Translations under genes and position numbers: made by a program | Part shown: positions 22,857 to 35,355 of the stretch, in pieces | Layout of the letters: each line of letters starts with the position of its first letter | How positions within the stretch are numbered: position 1 is the stretch's first letter | Notes under the pieces: generated by a model | Seen by the model: the letters and a program-made list of their open reading frames with translations, nothing else | Told to the model about the DNA's origin: nothing | The model's database searches: none | Origin: the human T2T-CHM13v2.0 reference genome, Homo sapiens | Assembly (NCBI RefSeq): GCF_009914755.1 | Contig: NC_060930.1 | Direction: 5' to 3' (one strand) | Length of the DNA stretch: 64,000 nucleotides

Positions 22857-24465
22857 TCTTTCTGGTGACACTAAAGGGACTATAGTGCAGAAAACCCCCA
22901 CCCAAAAGATAACTGGTAAGTGGTAGGGGCCAGTAATATCTTTCTGGTGAACACTGAGGGGACAATACTGAAGAAACCCCCTGACCCAAAGGAAATAGAC
23001 TACAGCACTGATTGGCCAACTTTGGGTAAGTGGTGGGGTACCCAGGTAAAGGGTGGAATTGGGTTAGAGGCCAAACTTAGGGGAGTCAGAGTCTCTCCTA
23101 AGACAGAGTGGGTTAGCGCACACTTGATAAAAGGCAAGGACACTTTACCCACCTTGGGTTAAAGGCCCAGCTTAGGAGGGTTAGAGTCCCTCTGAAGATT
23201 TAAGGAGTTAGAAGCCTGTTTCAGTAAAGTCCCTTTTGGCTAAGAATGGGTTTGGTATTATGAGATGTTAACTGCTATTCTCTTTGGATTAATCAGCCTT
23301 GAACTCTTTGCTGACGTCTGTGGGCATGTATAGAATTGTGGGACATGGGGAGCTTTCTCCTCCTTAAAAGGGGAAACTCAAGAGCTCGTGAGACTGCTGG
23401 AAAATAGCCCTTTGCTACTGACAAGCAGCCGCCTGAAATTTTCAGTGTCACTGCAATGGGTGCATCTTTCTCTGGCTTCCCTGAGCACCTCACCTTCCCC
23501 ACCCTGCCTCAAGCAATGCTTCCTCTCTCTCTCTGTCTCTCTCTCTCTCTTTCTTTCTCTCTCTCTCTCTGTGCAAACTGGTTGAATGAATGGTAAAAAG
23601 CATTGTTTATCTCCTCTGTAAAGTTTAGATTAATGGAAAACAGGATTTGTGAGGCTAGTCCTAAGCTATAGTGAATCTGGCGTGCTTTGTGTGTCTTTCT
23701 GTATTGTTCTGCCATAAAGAGCGGTATGGTAGGATGGAACATGGGCTTAGGACACCAGTAAGCCCACTGTTCAAGATGGCCCAGCAAACTGGTCAGTTAT
23801 AAATTTTGCGGCAGGTCCCTAAAAACAAAACTGGATGAGATTTCCCTCTTGTCTTGTATATCTTGGGGAGCCTGACCTTGCAGCCATGTAGTGATACTTT
23901 CTCTTTTCACAGTGGTGGCCCAGGTTCAGGGTTCAATTCCTGGCTTAGGGAATGAGTCCTTTATCTTATTTTGTCTGTGTATTTATATATGTTGTGTGTG
24001 TAATTTAAAAGAGCTTTAATTAAATGGTTTAATAATAAGAGCTTACATCAAATACTTGATCAGAAAAGTAAAACGTGTAATATCTTTTATTTAGTTCACA
24101 TGATTTAAGTAATCTTTGGGATATAAAGACAGTTTTAAAGATTATTGGTAAAATAAAAATCTTTAAAATGTAAACATTTGGTCTAAATTATGTGGGTCAG
24201 ATATTAGGTTTTCTAAGTGATTTAAGGTCATAAACTGCTTCTTTGACTTTTGAAAATTGTTCATTTTACCTACTTTGGAGCTTTGGATTCTAGATAAGCC
24301 CTGGAACCATGTGGAGCTAGCCACACTCACTAGCTATGCTGGAAAGAGTCGGATCTTATCTGCACTTCTGTCTGGGTCCTAGGCTCCACACCTGGTACAT
24401 AGTTCAAATCACTTACTAACCAGGTTTTTCACCAAAAATAAAAGTTGCTAAGAGTTAACATTGTA

Positions 24466-24514
24466 TGCACTCCAGCCTGGCAACAAAGCAAGACTCTGTC
24501 TGAAAAAAAAAAAA
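24466..24514 (+). mobile_element. Severely 5'-truncated Alu (3' tip and A-tail)
   Basis: TGCACTCCAGCCTGGCAACAAAGCAAGACTCTGTCTG-A(n). TSD AAGAGTTAACATTGTA / AAGAGTTGACATTATA. Confidence 0.85.
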
Positions 24515-26666
24515 AAGAGTTGACATTATAACATGTAATTGAGACTACTGAAGAAACAGCTTTATGTTCAAGGTGTGTAAGGAAAGTAGAATGTACATTT
24601 GATAAAAGATTATAAGAAGGCATGGGAATATGGATTTCTTCCCTAAGTTTAGAGAGTTAAAGGACTGTTTTAAGTTAGGATAAAGCTGAAGGGTTAAGCA
24701 AGTTGTTAAAGGTCTGTGAAATATCAATCTCATAGAAGAAATTATCTGTGTGAACATATTGACTAAAATTAAAGGGATGATATTCAGTTTTTTGATAAAT
24801 TGAACATTGGAATAAAAGCACAACAGGTTTTTCTTAGAGCAAAAACCTGCTTATAATCTGCTGTTTAACCAAAATTTTTAAATGGTTATAAAAGGTTTAT
24901 TAAAATCTTACCTCATGGTCAAACTGATTAAGATTAAATACATTTGTCTATAAGGTTTTATTAAGATTTGGGTTTAACATAAATAGTACATTAATGTAAA
25001 GGTGAAATTTGGCTTATTGGGTACAAAAATCATGCAGGAAGTACTGCCAAATATGAAATGGTGTTTGGCTTTCTTTGGGCTATATTTGAATAAATATGTT
25101 TTTGGTATGTAATCCAAAATAATGGGAAACTCCTATAATTCTGATATGACAGTATATGTTATTAATAATTATAATCATTATATAAATTTTTGTATGCCAC
25201 AAAAATAACCAAATTTCCTTATCACTTGTGGCTTTAATAGTGGCTGTCCTAAGACTTTTTATAATCCACATACAATTGTTGTCTTGTTTTGGTCCTCTTT
25301 AAAAGGTGGTTTTATAATCAACTATAGGACTTTAACAGGTGCATTTAAATGGAGATTTTCTGATAACTTTGGAGATTGTGACATTAGAATAGAGAAAACT
25401 TTCAGAACTCTCATAGCTGAAATGTTCATGAATATCAAACAGAACTGCATGGACTGAAGTAATGGAAGCTATTTATAGCTTTTAACAATTGAATATATGC
25501 CTGTGAACCAAATTTGAAGCATATTTGTTTCTCTCTACCTAATTTCCCCAAAATTTGGAAACTATTTGTGAGTATTCTTAATTTATGGCAATATAATTAT
25601 TTGCATAAGTGCAATACAAATCTGTTTTATTTTCCATCAGGACAAAATTGGAGAAACTGGTTATTTTATGGAGGCTTTAACTGGAATAGCATGCTTTCCT
25701 TTAAGGAATCAAATTTGACTTGTGGAGCCAATGAAAGCCCCTTGAGGAACCGGCCTCAGGCTTTGCCTACACAGTCCCTGTACAGGGTTTCTGCCCTGTG
25801 GTAAGTAAAGAATGTCACTTTCTAATAGCCCCAGGAGCCCCCAAGTTATCTTGGAACCCCAAAAGGAGAGGGATTTACTCAAGTCATAGGTATTTGAGGG
25901 TTCAAACCCATGGCAGGGCTCAGCTCTAAAAAAAAGTCTTATCTGAGATTCCTTATGGAACAAATAATCAGGCCAAGTATAAAAAAGCAAATCAGTTTTA
26001 CCACGATTTGTCTTTAGTGAAAATGGGAAACTGGAGAGAAAAATATTATGTTTCAAGAACTATGGTATGCCTGTTATTAAATTCTAGTCTCATCAGTTGT
26101 TTTTAAGTTTGTTTCTGCAATTTAGGCTAATCCTGGTTATTCCTATGAACTAACCAGTGATCTCTGACTCCTGCTCAGAAGAAACAAGAGAGATGGGTAA
26201 TGTAAAAATCTAAATCAATATTCTAATTCTGGGCACACTAGAATCAGCTAGCAACCCCATATCAGCTTGGTTCCAACAGTTGCCAATTCATGGAAAGCCT
26301 TCTAATTTAGTTTACTTGAGATAATTTTACTTATTTTGTTTTACTGTTGTAAAATATATTGCTGTTGTACTCTTTGTGTAAAAATGCAGAATAAGCTTAC
26401 TGAATATTTTCTTAAATTGAACACTTATTAATCTTTCAAATAGTGCCTTTTGTTGAAACTTGGATTTTGAATGGCCCTCACCATACTGATGACTTGTGAC
26501 TGAGCTCCTCACTACTCCACATATGAGAGGCAGGAATAGAATACCCCTAATAGATAGACAGGAATATCATCACCCTTATTCAGCCTGAGAAAGTTACAGA
26601 AGATGGATCTTCATCCTTCTGCAACTCTTAGGATTAAGGGTTCTCTTATAAAAGAGAACAGGGAAA

Positions 26667-27216
26667 TGTCAGAAGCATTTGAGCCAGGGCAACTCCATCT
26701 TGAGGAGGGGCTTGGTAAAATAAGGCTGAGACCTACTGGGCTGCATTCCCAGACAGTTAAGGCATTCTAAGTCACATGATGAAACAGGAGGTTGGCACAA
26801 GATACAGGTCATAAAGACCTTGCTGATAAAACAGGTTACAGTAAAGAAGCTGGCTAAAACCCATCAAAACCAAGATGGTGATGAGAGTAACCTCTGGTTG
26901 CCCTCACTGCCACACTCCCATCAGTGCCATGACAGCTTATAAATGCCATAGCAACATCAGGAAGTTACCTTATATGGTCTAAAAGGAGAAGCATGAATAA
27001 TCCATCCCCTGTTTAGCATATCAAGAAATAAGCATAAAAATGGGCTACCAGCAGACCTCAGGTCTGATGTGTCTGAGGAGTAGTCATTCTTTTATTCCTT
27101 TATTTTCCTAATAAATTTGCTTTCACTTTACTGTATGGACTTGGCCTGAATTATTTCTTGCATGAGATCCAAGAACCCTCTCTTGGGGTCTAGATCAAGA
27201 CCACTTTCCTGTAACA
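26667..27216 (+). mobile_element. MER41A 3' LTR
   Basis: TGTCAGAAGC...TTTCCTGTAACA, 550 bp. It lacks the MER41B segment with tandem GAS motifs. Confidence 0.88.
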
Positions 27217-28640
27217 CTACCAGATATGAGAGAAACAATTTTGTATACAAAGTGTATAAACAAAAGCAAGATATGTGTTTGAAGAGGAAAGTTATGAAGG
27301 CATAAAAGTGTGTGTTAAAAATTTTGTCTGTTTTGAAGTAACTTAAAGGTTTCAAACTGAAGGAGTGAAAAAACATATAAAGCAAGGTGAATATAAAAAT
27401 TTGGATAAAACTGTAAAACAAAAGGTTTATGGAAATCTTGTGCAGTTAAAAGATGACAGCTTTGATAAATGAATTAATTAGGTTGTATTAAAATTAGTTT
27501 TAGTATTAATAATATACTAATACAAAAGTAAAACTTGATTTTCTCTTTTGAATAAAAATTGTGGGTAGTGTTAATAAGAGTAAAATATTTTTATTAACCT
27601 TTTGTGTAAATTGCAAAAAGAAAAAAGATAAAAAGGAAAAATCAAAAGGTCTTTTGATTGTTTGGAAAACTGTTTGAGTCTCCCTTATCAAAGAATACAA
27701 GTTTTTGTTTAAAAAAATCAATTATCACTTTGACTAAATAAATGACTATTGTTTTACAGTAACCTGTGATCCTATTTTGGTCAAATGTTTTAAACCTTTG
27801 ACATATTTGAGAAGTATGTCAGGTTATATTTTGATGATTGTTATTAATATATGTTCCAAAATTGTATGGGATTTCTAAACTTCTAATATGTCTCACTATA
27901 TGCTAACAATCATAATCATGTTAGCATGTTGTCATTGTAGACCACAAAAATAACCAAATTTCCTTGTCAACTGTGTCTTTAACTTATTATTTACAGTCAT
28001 TTCCATAGTTTATAACTTAATTCTGATGCAGTTTCTGAAAACTTCACAAGCATGCAAAATCCTAGCATATAATGTCTTTAAGGAGGTTAATGAAAGGATG
28101 AAATTACCCTGAGAAGCACTCTTCAGTAAAGGTTTCTAATAACTTTAGAATCATATCGTTTGGCCTGGGTAAGAATTCCTGGAACTTTATAATAGTAGCT
28201 CATTATGCCATAGTGTATTTTCACCAGGTAAAGAAAGTTTTTCATGGTTCACTGACTGAGAACAATCAACCACTTCTCAATTTAGAACCCTAGAGACTGC
28301 TTGGGTTAAACCAAGCAGGACAAATTTAACTGAATAACAATAAAACACTTTGCCAGATTTCCATGCTAAACATATACAATTTGAATAAACTCCATGATTT
28401 AAGTCAAATTACCTATGCTAATTCATCAGTTATCAGTGCTATCCACCTAAATTGGAGAAACAACTGTTATTCAAGAGAATATAAGTCCAATGTTAAGCAT
28501 GGGCTCATAGAAAATCAGGTTGGCCGCCTTGTCTTTCCTGAGTCCTTAGAGCTTTTGTTATTAAAAGTTATGCATTTTATGGCTCATCATAGAAATATAA
28601 AATAATCCAACTTAAGTATATATATTGGTGTGGTGACTTC

Positions 28641-29191
28641 TGTAAAAGGAAAATAAATCTTGAAACACCAGATAACTATACCAAAGGGAAAAGTCAAGCT
28701 GGAAACTGTTTAGGGTAAACCTGCTTCCCGTTCTATTCCAAAAACACAAACAAACAAACAAACAAACAAAAAAACTACTAAGATGAAAAAGCTACATACC
28801 TCCCTCACAAGGAATTTTCTTGTTGACAAAGGACAGGCAGAACGCAAAGTCACCCCTCTGCTCACTGAGATAAATGCATATCTGATTGCCTCCTTTGGAA
28901 AGGCTCATCAGAAACTCAAACATATGCAACCATTTGTCTCTTACCTACCTATGACCTGGAAACCCCCTCTCCACTTCAAGTTGTCCCCACCTTTCTGGAC
29001 GGAATCAATGTACAACTTACATATATTGATTGATGTCTCATGTCTCCCTAAAATGTGTAAAACCAAGCTGTGACCCGACCACCTTGGGCACATGTCATCA
29101 GAACCTCCTCTGGACACATGTGAATCCTTAACTATGGTGAAATGAAATTCCTAAATTGACTGAGATCTATCTCAGATATTTGGAGTTCAGA
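28641..29191 (+). mobile_element. MER4A/A1 solo LTR
   Basis: TGTAAAAGGAAAATAAATCTTG...CACCTTGGGCACATGTCATCAG...GAGTTCAGA. TSD CTTC. Contains an internal (AAAC)n tract. Confidence 0.85.
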
Positions 29192-30189
29192 CTTCTAAAT
29201 TGCTAAAATAGTTTATGACCAAAGTTTGGTTTGTCAAACCCATATTCCTGAGAAGAAAATCAAAACTTCAGGTGAATTCTGCTACCTGATGGGCCATTTA
29301 AACATTTAAAGAGTGATTTTGTTCAATTGTCATTTTCAATGCATGTTTTCTGGTTGTATAAAAGCTTTCCCATGAAAGAGGGCTGAAGTTATAATAGTAG
29401 CTCATTATGCCACAGTGTATTTTCGCCAGGTAAAGAAAGTTTTTCATGGTTCACTGACTGAGAACAATCAACCACTTCTCCATCTAGAACCCAAAGACTG
29501 GCTCTTCTGAGAACATCAGAAAGACTGCCCTGGCTATCCACGTTGAAGCAAAACTTTGGGACTTTTAACCTTGCGTTCATAATCTCACAACTCAGTAGGG
29601 TCCCTCCGCACTGTTGGAACTGCATACCTATTGGAAACCTTCAGGTAAAGCTAATCAGGGAAGTTTCTCCCCGAAAGAAGATGGCATCCATGATGTGAAC
29701 AACTTTTTCTGAAGATCATGGAGCAAGACTTCTCTACTATCATACAACCCCTATCTTTCAATTTTTTTCCTTATCTATCCATTTTTTTCCTATGTTTATG
29801 CCTCTATGAACAATAGAAGTGAAAAGGGGATCTGTTGTGTGCACTCATAGGGTTACAATTTTATTTGTGAAGGATTTTGCAGCCAGTCTTATACATGGAT
29901 AACCTTAAACCTTGATAGATGGAAGATAAAGACCCAATGTATGTGAGAAATTTTAATGGTACATACATAACCTCATAGTCAGTCAGAAACAGAACATTGG
30001 TCCACTCCTCTTAACCTACATCATGTGTTAAAGAGAATATTGCCAGATGATCTTCACCCTTCTAGAAGGGCTTCATTCGTTAGGTCCTTTTTTCCATGTA
30101 TTGGAGTAAATGAGGCAATTTATCCCTCATGATAGGCTCTGTAGGAGATCCTACTATAAAGGCTGTGACTACACAACAGACTTGAAATT

Positions 30190-30515
30190 ATCTTGTGAAA
30201 GTTATGCTAAATAATAGAATTGCTCTAAGTTACTTACTGGCTAAACAGAGAAGTATCTGGCACTTCTTGTTGCCCATGGAGAAACTTATCACATGGGATA
30301 GTATAAAGAATCAGTTATAAGGGATTATCGAAGAGACTACTTAATTGAAGTGAGTAGACTCTTTGTCTAGCTCATTCTTTGATCTATTTGATTTTAGTTG
30401 GTTTGGTTTAAGGGGACCCTGGCTAAGGAACATACTGCAAACTCTTGGTGTTATTCTCCTGATAGTCATCATAGTAGTCTCCCTGGTACACTGTATTCTT
30501 GCAAAATTTTAAATG
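30190..30515 (+). pseudogene. env: Degraded gamma-type env TM remnant of MER57-int
   Basis: VMLNNRIALSYLLAKQRSI (immunosuppressive-domain-like), TSCCPW, and anchor-like PWLRNILQTLGVILLIVIIVVSLVHCIL. Confidence 0.75.
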
Positions 30516-31146
30516 TTTGCAGGCAGCTATCTCTAGAAGTCAAATGGTCTCTCTTCAATTGGAATAACAAGAGCTGAAAGAAATGTGTGAACATAAGCGC
30601 ACCATAACCTCTGAATTACATGCTGAGATCAGAAACTCAAAATGATGGTAACTGAGAGTGGTGCTGAGGCCCTAAATTTTGGTCACACTCTCACCTAAGT
30701 AAGAACCTGACCAGAATGGGGCACTTTCAGGGGAGGCCATTGTTTTGGTCTGAGCTCATGCACTAGGCCCCAGCAGAACAGACCAAAATAAAATGAAGTC
30801 ACTTATGCTGAATGTGACATAATCAAACTAAGACTTTAAGGAAACACATAGATCCTAGAACAGATCAGGTTTTGTTTTTTCCTGTACACAGGACATTTCA
30901 GGATAAGGAGGTACCCTCTACACAACTCTTGCAAAAAACAATCTAAAGTCCTTGCTTCCACCTGCAAAACACACTGTTCTGCTATTTCCCATTGAGTTTC
31001 AAGATGAAATAAGTACATTTACAATGATGATAGTGACATCAATGACTACAGTTTTGGTCATCCTCTCAAACTCAAAATAATTCACAAATCATTATTGCCC
31101 AATTAAAACTTTTAAATTTAATTTGGCTAAAGCTTTTATTTTAATA

Positions 31147-31270
31147 ATGTATAAAATGTGAATAAAAATAGTACATACCCTATAGGATTGTCATGAACCT
31201 TAAAAAGTATGCTAAATGTATGTTAAACAGACAAGTGCCTGATTCTTGGTAAACACTATGTTCTGATTTA
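31147..31270 (+). mobile_element. MIR, right half
   Basis: ATAAAATGTGAATAAAAATAGTACATACCCTATAGGATTGTCATG...GTGCCTGA...GTAAACACT continues the MIR broken at 13559. Confidence 0.7.
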
Positions 31271-31626
31271 TGGTTGCTATTATTTTTATAATTGTTTATA
31301 CCAGATTGAAAGAATAAATTATTAAGAGAAAAACTTTGGCTGAATTAAATTTAAGAGAGTTTAATTGAGCAAAGATCAATTTGTGAATCGGGCAGCCTCC
31401 CAAGCCAGAGTAGGTTCAAAGACTCTAGCAAAGTCACGTGACAGAAGAAGATTTATGGACAGAAAAAGGAAAGTGATATATAGAAAACGGAAGTGAGGTA
31501 CAGAAACAGCCAGATTGGCTACAGCTCAGCATTTGCCTTATTTGAACACAGTTGGAACAGTTGGCTACCTTTGATTGGTCAAAACTCAATGATTGGCACA
31601 AGAGCTGCTACAGTCTATTTACAACT

Positions 31627-31991
31627 TGATATGGTTTGGCTGTGTCCTCACCCAAATCTCATCTTGAATTGTAGCTCCCATAATTTCTACTTGTTGTGGG
31701 AGGGACCTGGTGGGAGATAATTGAATCATGAGGGTGGTTTTTCCCATACTGTTCTCATGATAATGAATAAGTCTCATAAGATGTGATTATTTTGTAAGAG
31801 GTTTTCCTTTTTGCTTGGCTCTCTCATTCTGTCTTATTTGTCACCATGTAAGATGTGCCTTTTGCCTTCCACCATGAGTATGAGGCCTCCCCAGCCACAT
31901 GGAACTGTGACTACCATTAAATCTCTTTTTCTTTATAAATTACCCAGGCTTGGGTATGTCTTTATCATCAGCATGAAAACAGACTAATACA
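31627..31991 (+). mobile_element. THE1B/C-like solo LTR
   Basis: TGATATGGTTTGGCTGTGTC...GACTAATACA with TSD CAACT. Confidence 0.9.
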
Positions 31992-32059
31992 CAACTCCAT
32001 TTGGGTTATAATTCACAATGTACAGAGAAACCTTTAGGCTGAAATGCGTAAGGAGGCAG

Positions 32060-32414
32060 TGTATTAGTCTGTTTTCATGCTGCTATGAAGAAATACCAGA
32101 GACTGGGTAATTTCTAAGAAAAGAGGTTTAATTGACTCACAGTTCCACCTGGCTGGGGAGGCCTCAGGAAACTTGCAATCATGGCAGAAGGCATCTCTCC
32201 ACAGGGCAGCAGGACAGAGAATGAGTTCAAGCAAGGAAAATGCCAGACGCTTAATCAGATCTCATGAGAACTCACTCACTATCACAAGAACACCAGGGGG
32301 GAACCACCCCGTGATTCAATTACCTCCACCTAGTCCCAGCATTGACATGCGGGGATTATGGGGATTACAATTTGGGATGAGATTTGGGTGAGGACACAAA
32401 GCCTAACCATACCA
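32060..32414 (-). mobile_element. THE1D-like solo LTR
   Basis: TGTATTAGTCTGTTTTCATGCTGCT...TAACCATACCA with TSD GGCAG. Confidence 0.9.
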
Positions 32415-32914
32415 GGCAGCTTTAGGCTAAACTTGGTTAACAGTATCAAGAATATATGCACCTTCTCTTCTGAAGCCTGCCATTGATCTCATTATTAAAA
32501 TCATTTCATTGAGTTTCATGGAGGAAGCTCTGACATTGCTCAGATTAGCATCTATTTTGAGTAGATGGTGACAGAAGCTGGGTAGGGAAACAGGAAAGAT
32601 GAAGGACAGCAAAGCCAGCTCCCTTTTCTCTCTGGCCCACATAATTCAGCCTGTGAGACAGTGGCTCCATAGCAAATAATCCTGGCTATTTTTTTATCCA
32701 AAATAAATCTAAGCCTCCCCTAAACACACATAATATTCAACAGTGGAAAGAAAAAAATATGAAACATCAATAGTCAGTCCCAGATAGAAAACAAGAAACC
32801 AGGAAACCACATATAGAACAAATAGCAACAGATCTTGGCTGCTCTGCCACCTTCACCTAGGTCGCTGAGATCCTGAAACAAAGTTCAGTTTTCCCAACCC
32901 CTCCATCCTTCAGG

Positions 32915-33420
32915 TTATGTTCATTCATTGAAGAAATTGATGCAATATTTCCTAAGTGCCAGAAACTGTCTTTGGTACCAGAGTTACCACACTGAATGCA
33001 GAGACAAAAATCCAATCCCTCAAAAAAAAAAAAAAAAACTATTCTAGGTGACAAAACATTTAAGTATGGAGAATTCAGTATATTGGCTAATAAATCAAGG
33101 GAAGAAGAGGGATGGAATGTGCAGAGTTTGGGATGTGGCAATTGTAGAAACGGTAGCCAGGCAAGGCCTGAGAAGCAGCATTTGAATAATGGCCTGAAGG
33201 AAGTGAGAAAATAGCAATTGAAATACCAACGGGGAAGAACAAGATAGTCTGAAGAAAAAGCAAACCGAAGACCCTGGGCATGTCCCGAGTGTCCAAGTGA
33301 GGAAGCCTGTGGCTGAGCAAGGTGGAGCCGAGAGAAAGCAGTCAGAGTAATATTAATAGCAGTCCTATTATAAGACACACCAGGATGAGCTAGACTTTGC
33401 AAGGAATGTGGCTCTTACTA
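32915..33420 (-). mobile_element. L2 3' fragment
   Basis: TTCATTCATT...TAAGTGCCAGAAACTGTC...GACAAAAATCC matches the antisense L2 3' end. Confidence 0.6.
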
Positions 33421-33440
33421 TGCTTCAGGCATGTCCTTAT

Positions 33441-34152
33441 TAAAACTGCCATTGCAAAAATTATGTCACTGAGAAAATTATGACCGTGAATGAGATTTGA
33501 GCTAACCCCACATAGGCACCCCACATCTTGCCTTTCCCTTAATTAATCCTGGGCTACTGGGCTGAGCTAACTTTGGAAGACAGTTAGGCTATAGTTTAAA
33601 TGACAAATAGGCTTTGCCCAAAACTCACCAGCTTTTTTAAAGCAAATAGGAGGCCATCAGGCTGGGGATAGGAGAGGAACCTGAGTCCTGCTAAGGCACA
33701 GGCAGGAAAGATTGTCAGCCATTATTCCAGAGGCTATAAGATATGCAACTTCCCCAGTTATTCCTGCAGACAAGACACGATTGTAGATTGGCCTTTTGAG
33801 ATGTCTTTCAGGTTTTTTGCTTGTCTCACACCCATGGCTCCACCTGGACCCACCAACTCTGATCTCATGGCCCCACCTAGAAGCGATTCAGCCCACAGAA
33901 GGACAGCTTTGACCCACTATGATTTCATCTCTGCCCTAACCAATCAGTAGCAAGCCTAGCCACCCCCACCCCTTTCCCCAAACTGAGTTTGAAAAACACC
34001 TAACCTAAGAGATTTGGAAGAGATGATTTGAGTACTAGCTCCATCTCCGACATGGCTTGACCAGCCTTATGTTTATTAAACTCTTTCCTACTGCAGTGCC
34101 ATGGTCTTCATTTTACATACAGTGGGCAAGAAGAACCCCTTGGGTGGTTACA
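33441..34152 (+). mobile_element. LTR8-group ERV1 solo LTR
   Basis: TAAAACTGCCATTGCAAAAATTATG...GCTAACTTTGG...ATTAAACTCTTT...GGGTGGTTACA. Confidence 0.7.
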
Positions 34153-34283
34153 ATATTTGTTTTAAAAATATCATTTTTGTTACTTAATAGAGAAGAAGGC
34201 AAAATCAAAATAATTTATGGATGAATCAGATTGTGGATGGATCTTATTTTATAATGGGAAGGGGGAATTGTTGGTCTGGAGGT

Positions 34284-34906
34284 TGTAAACCAAAAATAAA
34301 ATTTGAAGTCCTCCCACTTGTCCTTCAACCTTCTAAATGGACTCATCCTGGACCAGGGCCCTCCAGATTTAATGTGAAAGACTGGTTCAGGCCATGACAG
34401 GAAGCGGGGAGCGGGACATGCCTCAGTATGCCATCTTCCCTTTTGTAATTCAGGAATAGCAGAACAGCATTTGACATAAACACAGCCTTTAATTCTGATA
34501 AGAAACATTTGCATTCTATTCTCTCTGAAGCCAGCTTCCCGGAGGCTTCATCTGCAGGGTAAAACTTTGGTGTCCCCAAATATCTTATCATAACCCAGAT
34601 ATTCCTTTCTATTTCTGATAAGTTTTTCAACCAATTGCCAGTCAGAAAATTTTTAAATTTAACTATAACCTGGAATGCCTACTTCAAGTTGTCCCGCTTT
34701 TCTGGACTGAACCAATGTATAGCTTAAGTGTATTTGATTGATGTCTCATGTCTCCCTAAAATATATAAAACCAAATGGTAGCCAAACCACCTTGGGCACA
34801 AGTTGTCCAGACCGCCTGAGGGTATATCACGGGCCATGGACACTTATCTTCGGCTCAGGATAAATATTTTCAAATATTTCACAGAGTTTGACTCTTTTTG
34901 TCAACA
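34284..34906 (+). mobile_element. MER4B-like solo LTR
   Basis: TGTAAACCAAAAATAAAATT...GAGTTTGACTCTTTTTGTCAACA with TSD AGGT. Confidence 0.85.
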
Positions 34907-34929
34907 AGGTGTTTGAGAGAAATTTAGCG

Positions 34930-35355
34930 CATAAATTATGCTTCCTTCCTTTCTCAAACTCTTCTTATATCCCAAAACTATTTCATTTCCTTTCTTGGTT
35001 GGATAAAGACATAGTTTTTTTAATTCCACAATATAGAATCCACGGAAAGAATAGCTGACCCTACATGACCTAGGAATTTTAGCTGCAGGCATTAAAGGTC
35101 ACTTTTAACAAAAAGTGATGGACATGATGACATGTCCATCGTATCTTTGATGACAAGTGATGACATGATGGACATGTCACAGCAGAAAGAGAATCTGGGC
35201 CTGATGGCTGTTTAGAGTCACCAGTCCAACCGCATATTTATCTGCCTTGAGTCCTCCATATGAGAAGAAAATAAAAGAACATCTCCATGGTTTAAACCTC
35301 TGGCAGTTAGTTGGTTTTGTGTTACTCATATTTGTAAACATTACTAACAGATATG
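34930..35355 (+). mobile_element. Old MLT1 LTR
   Basis: AAATAAA...GTTTAAACC...GTTTTGTGTTACT...CTAACAGATAT is an MLT1-type 3' end. The start is approximate. Confidence 0.5.

Larger units (their letters stand above)
22511..27216 (+). mobile_element. MER41A provirus (non-coding internal region)
   Basis: Two homologous LTRs, PBS-like TGGTGACACTAAAGGGAC at 22863, polypurine tract at 26650-26666 and TSD CTAC (22507-22510 / 27217-27220). I see no gag/pol/env motifs. Confidence 0.88.
31320..32442 (-). mobile_element. MER57 solo LTR interrupted by two THE1 LTRs
   Basis: Reverse-complement homology to 13560-13963 (GAGGTACAGAAACAG, TTTGCCTTATTTGAAC, CTTTAGGCTAAACTTG...TTAACA). Confidence 0.8.

Noticed and set aside
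32857-33402. Longest ORF in the window (181 aa)
   Set aside because: It lies in an L2 relic, has no recognisable domain and crosses a poly(T) run.
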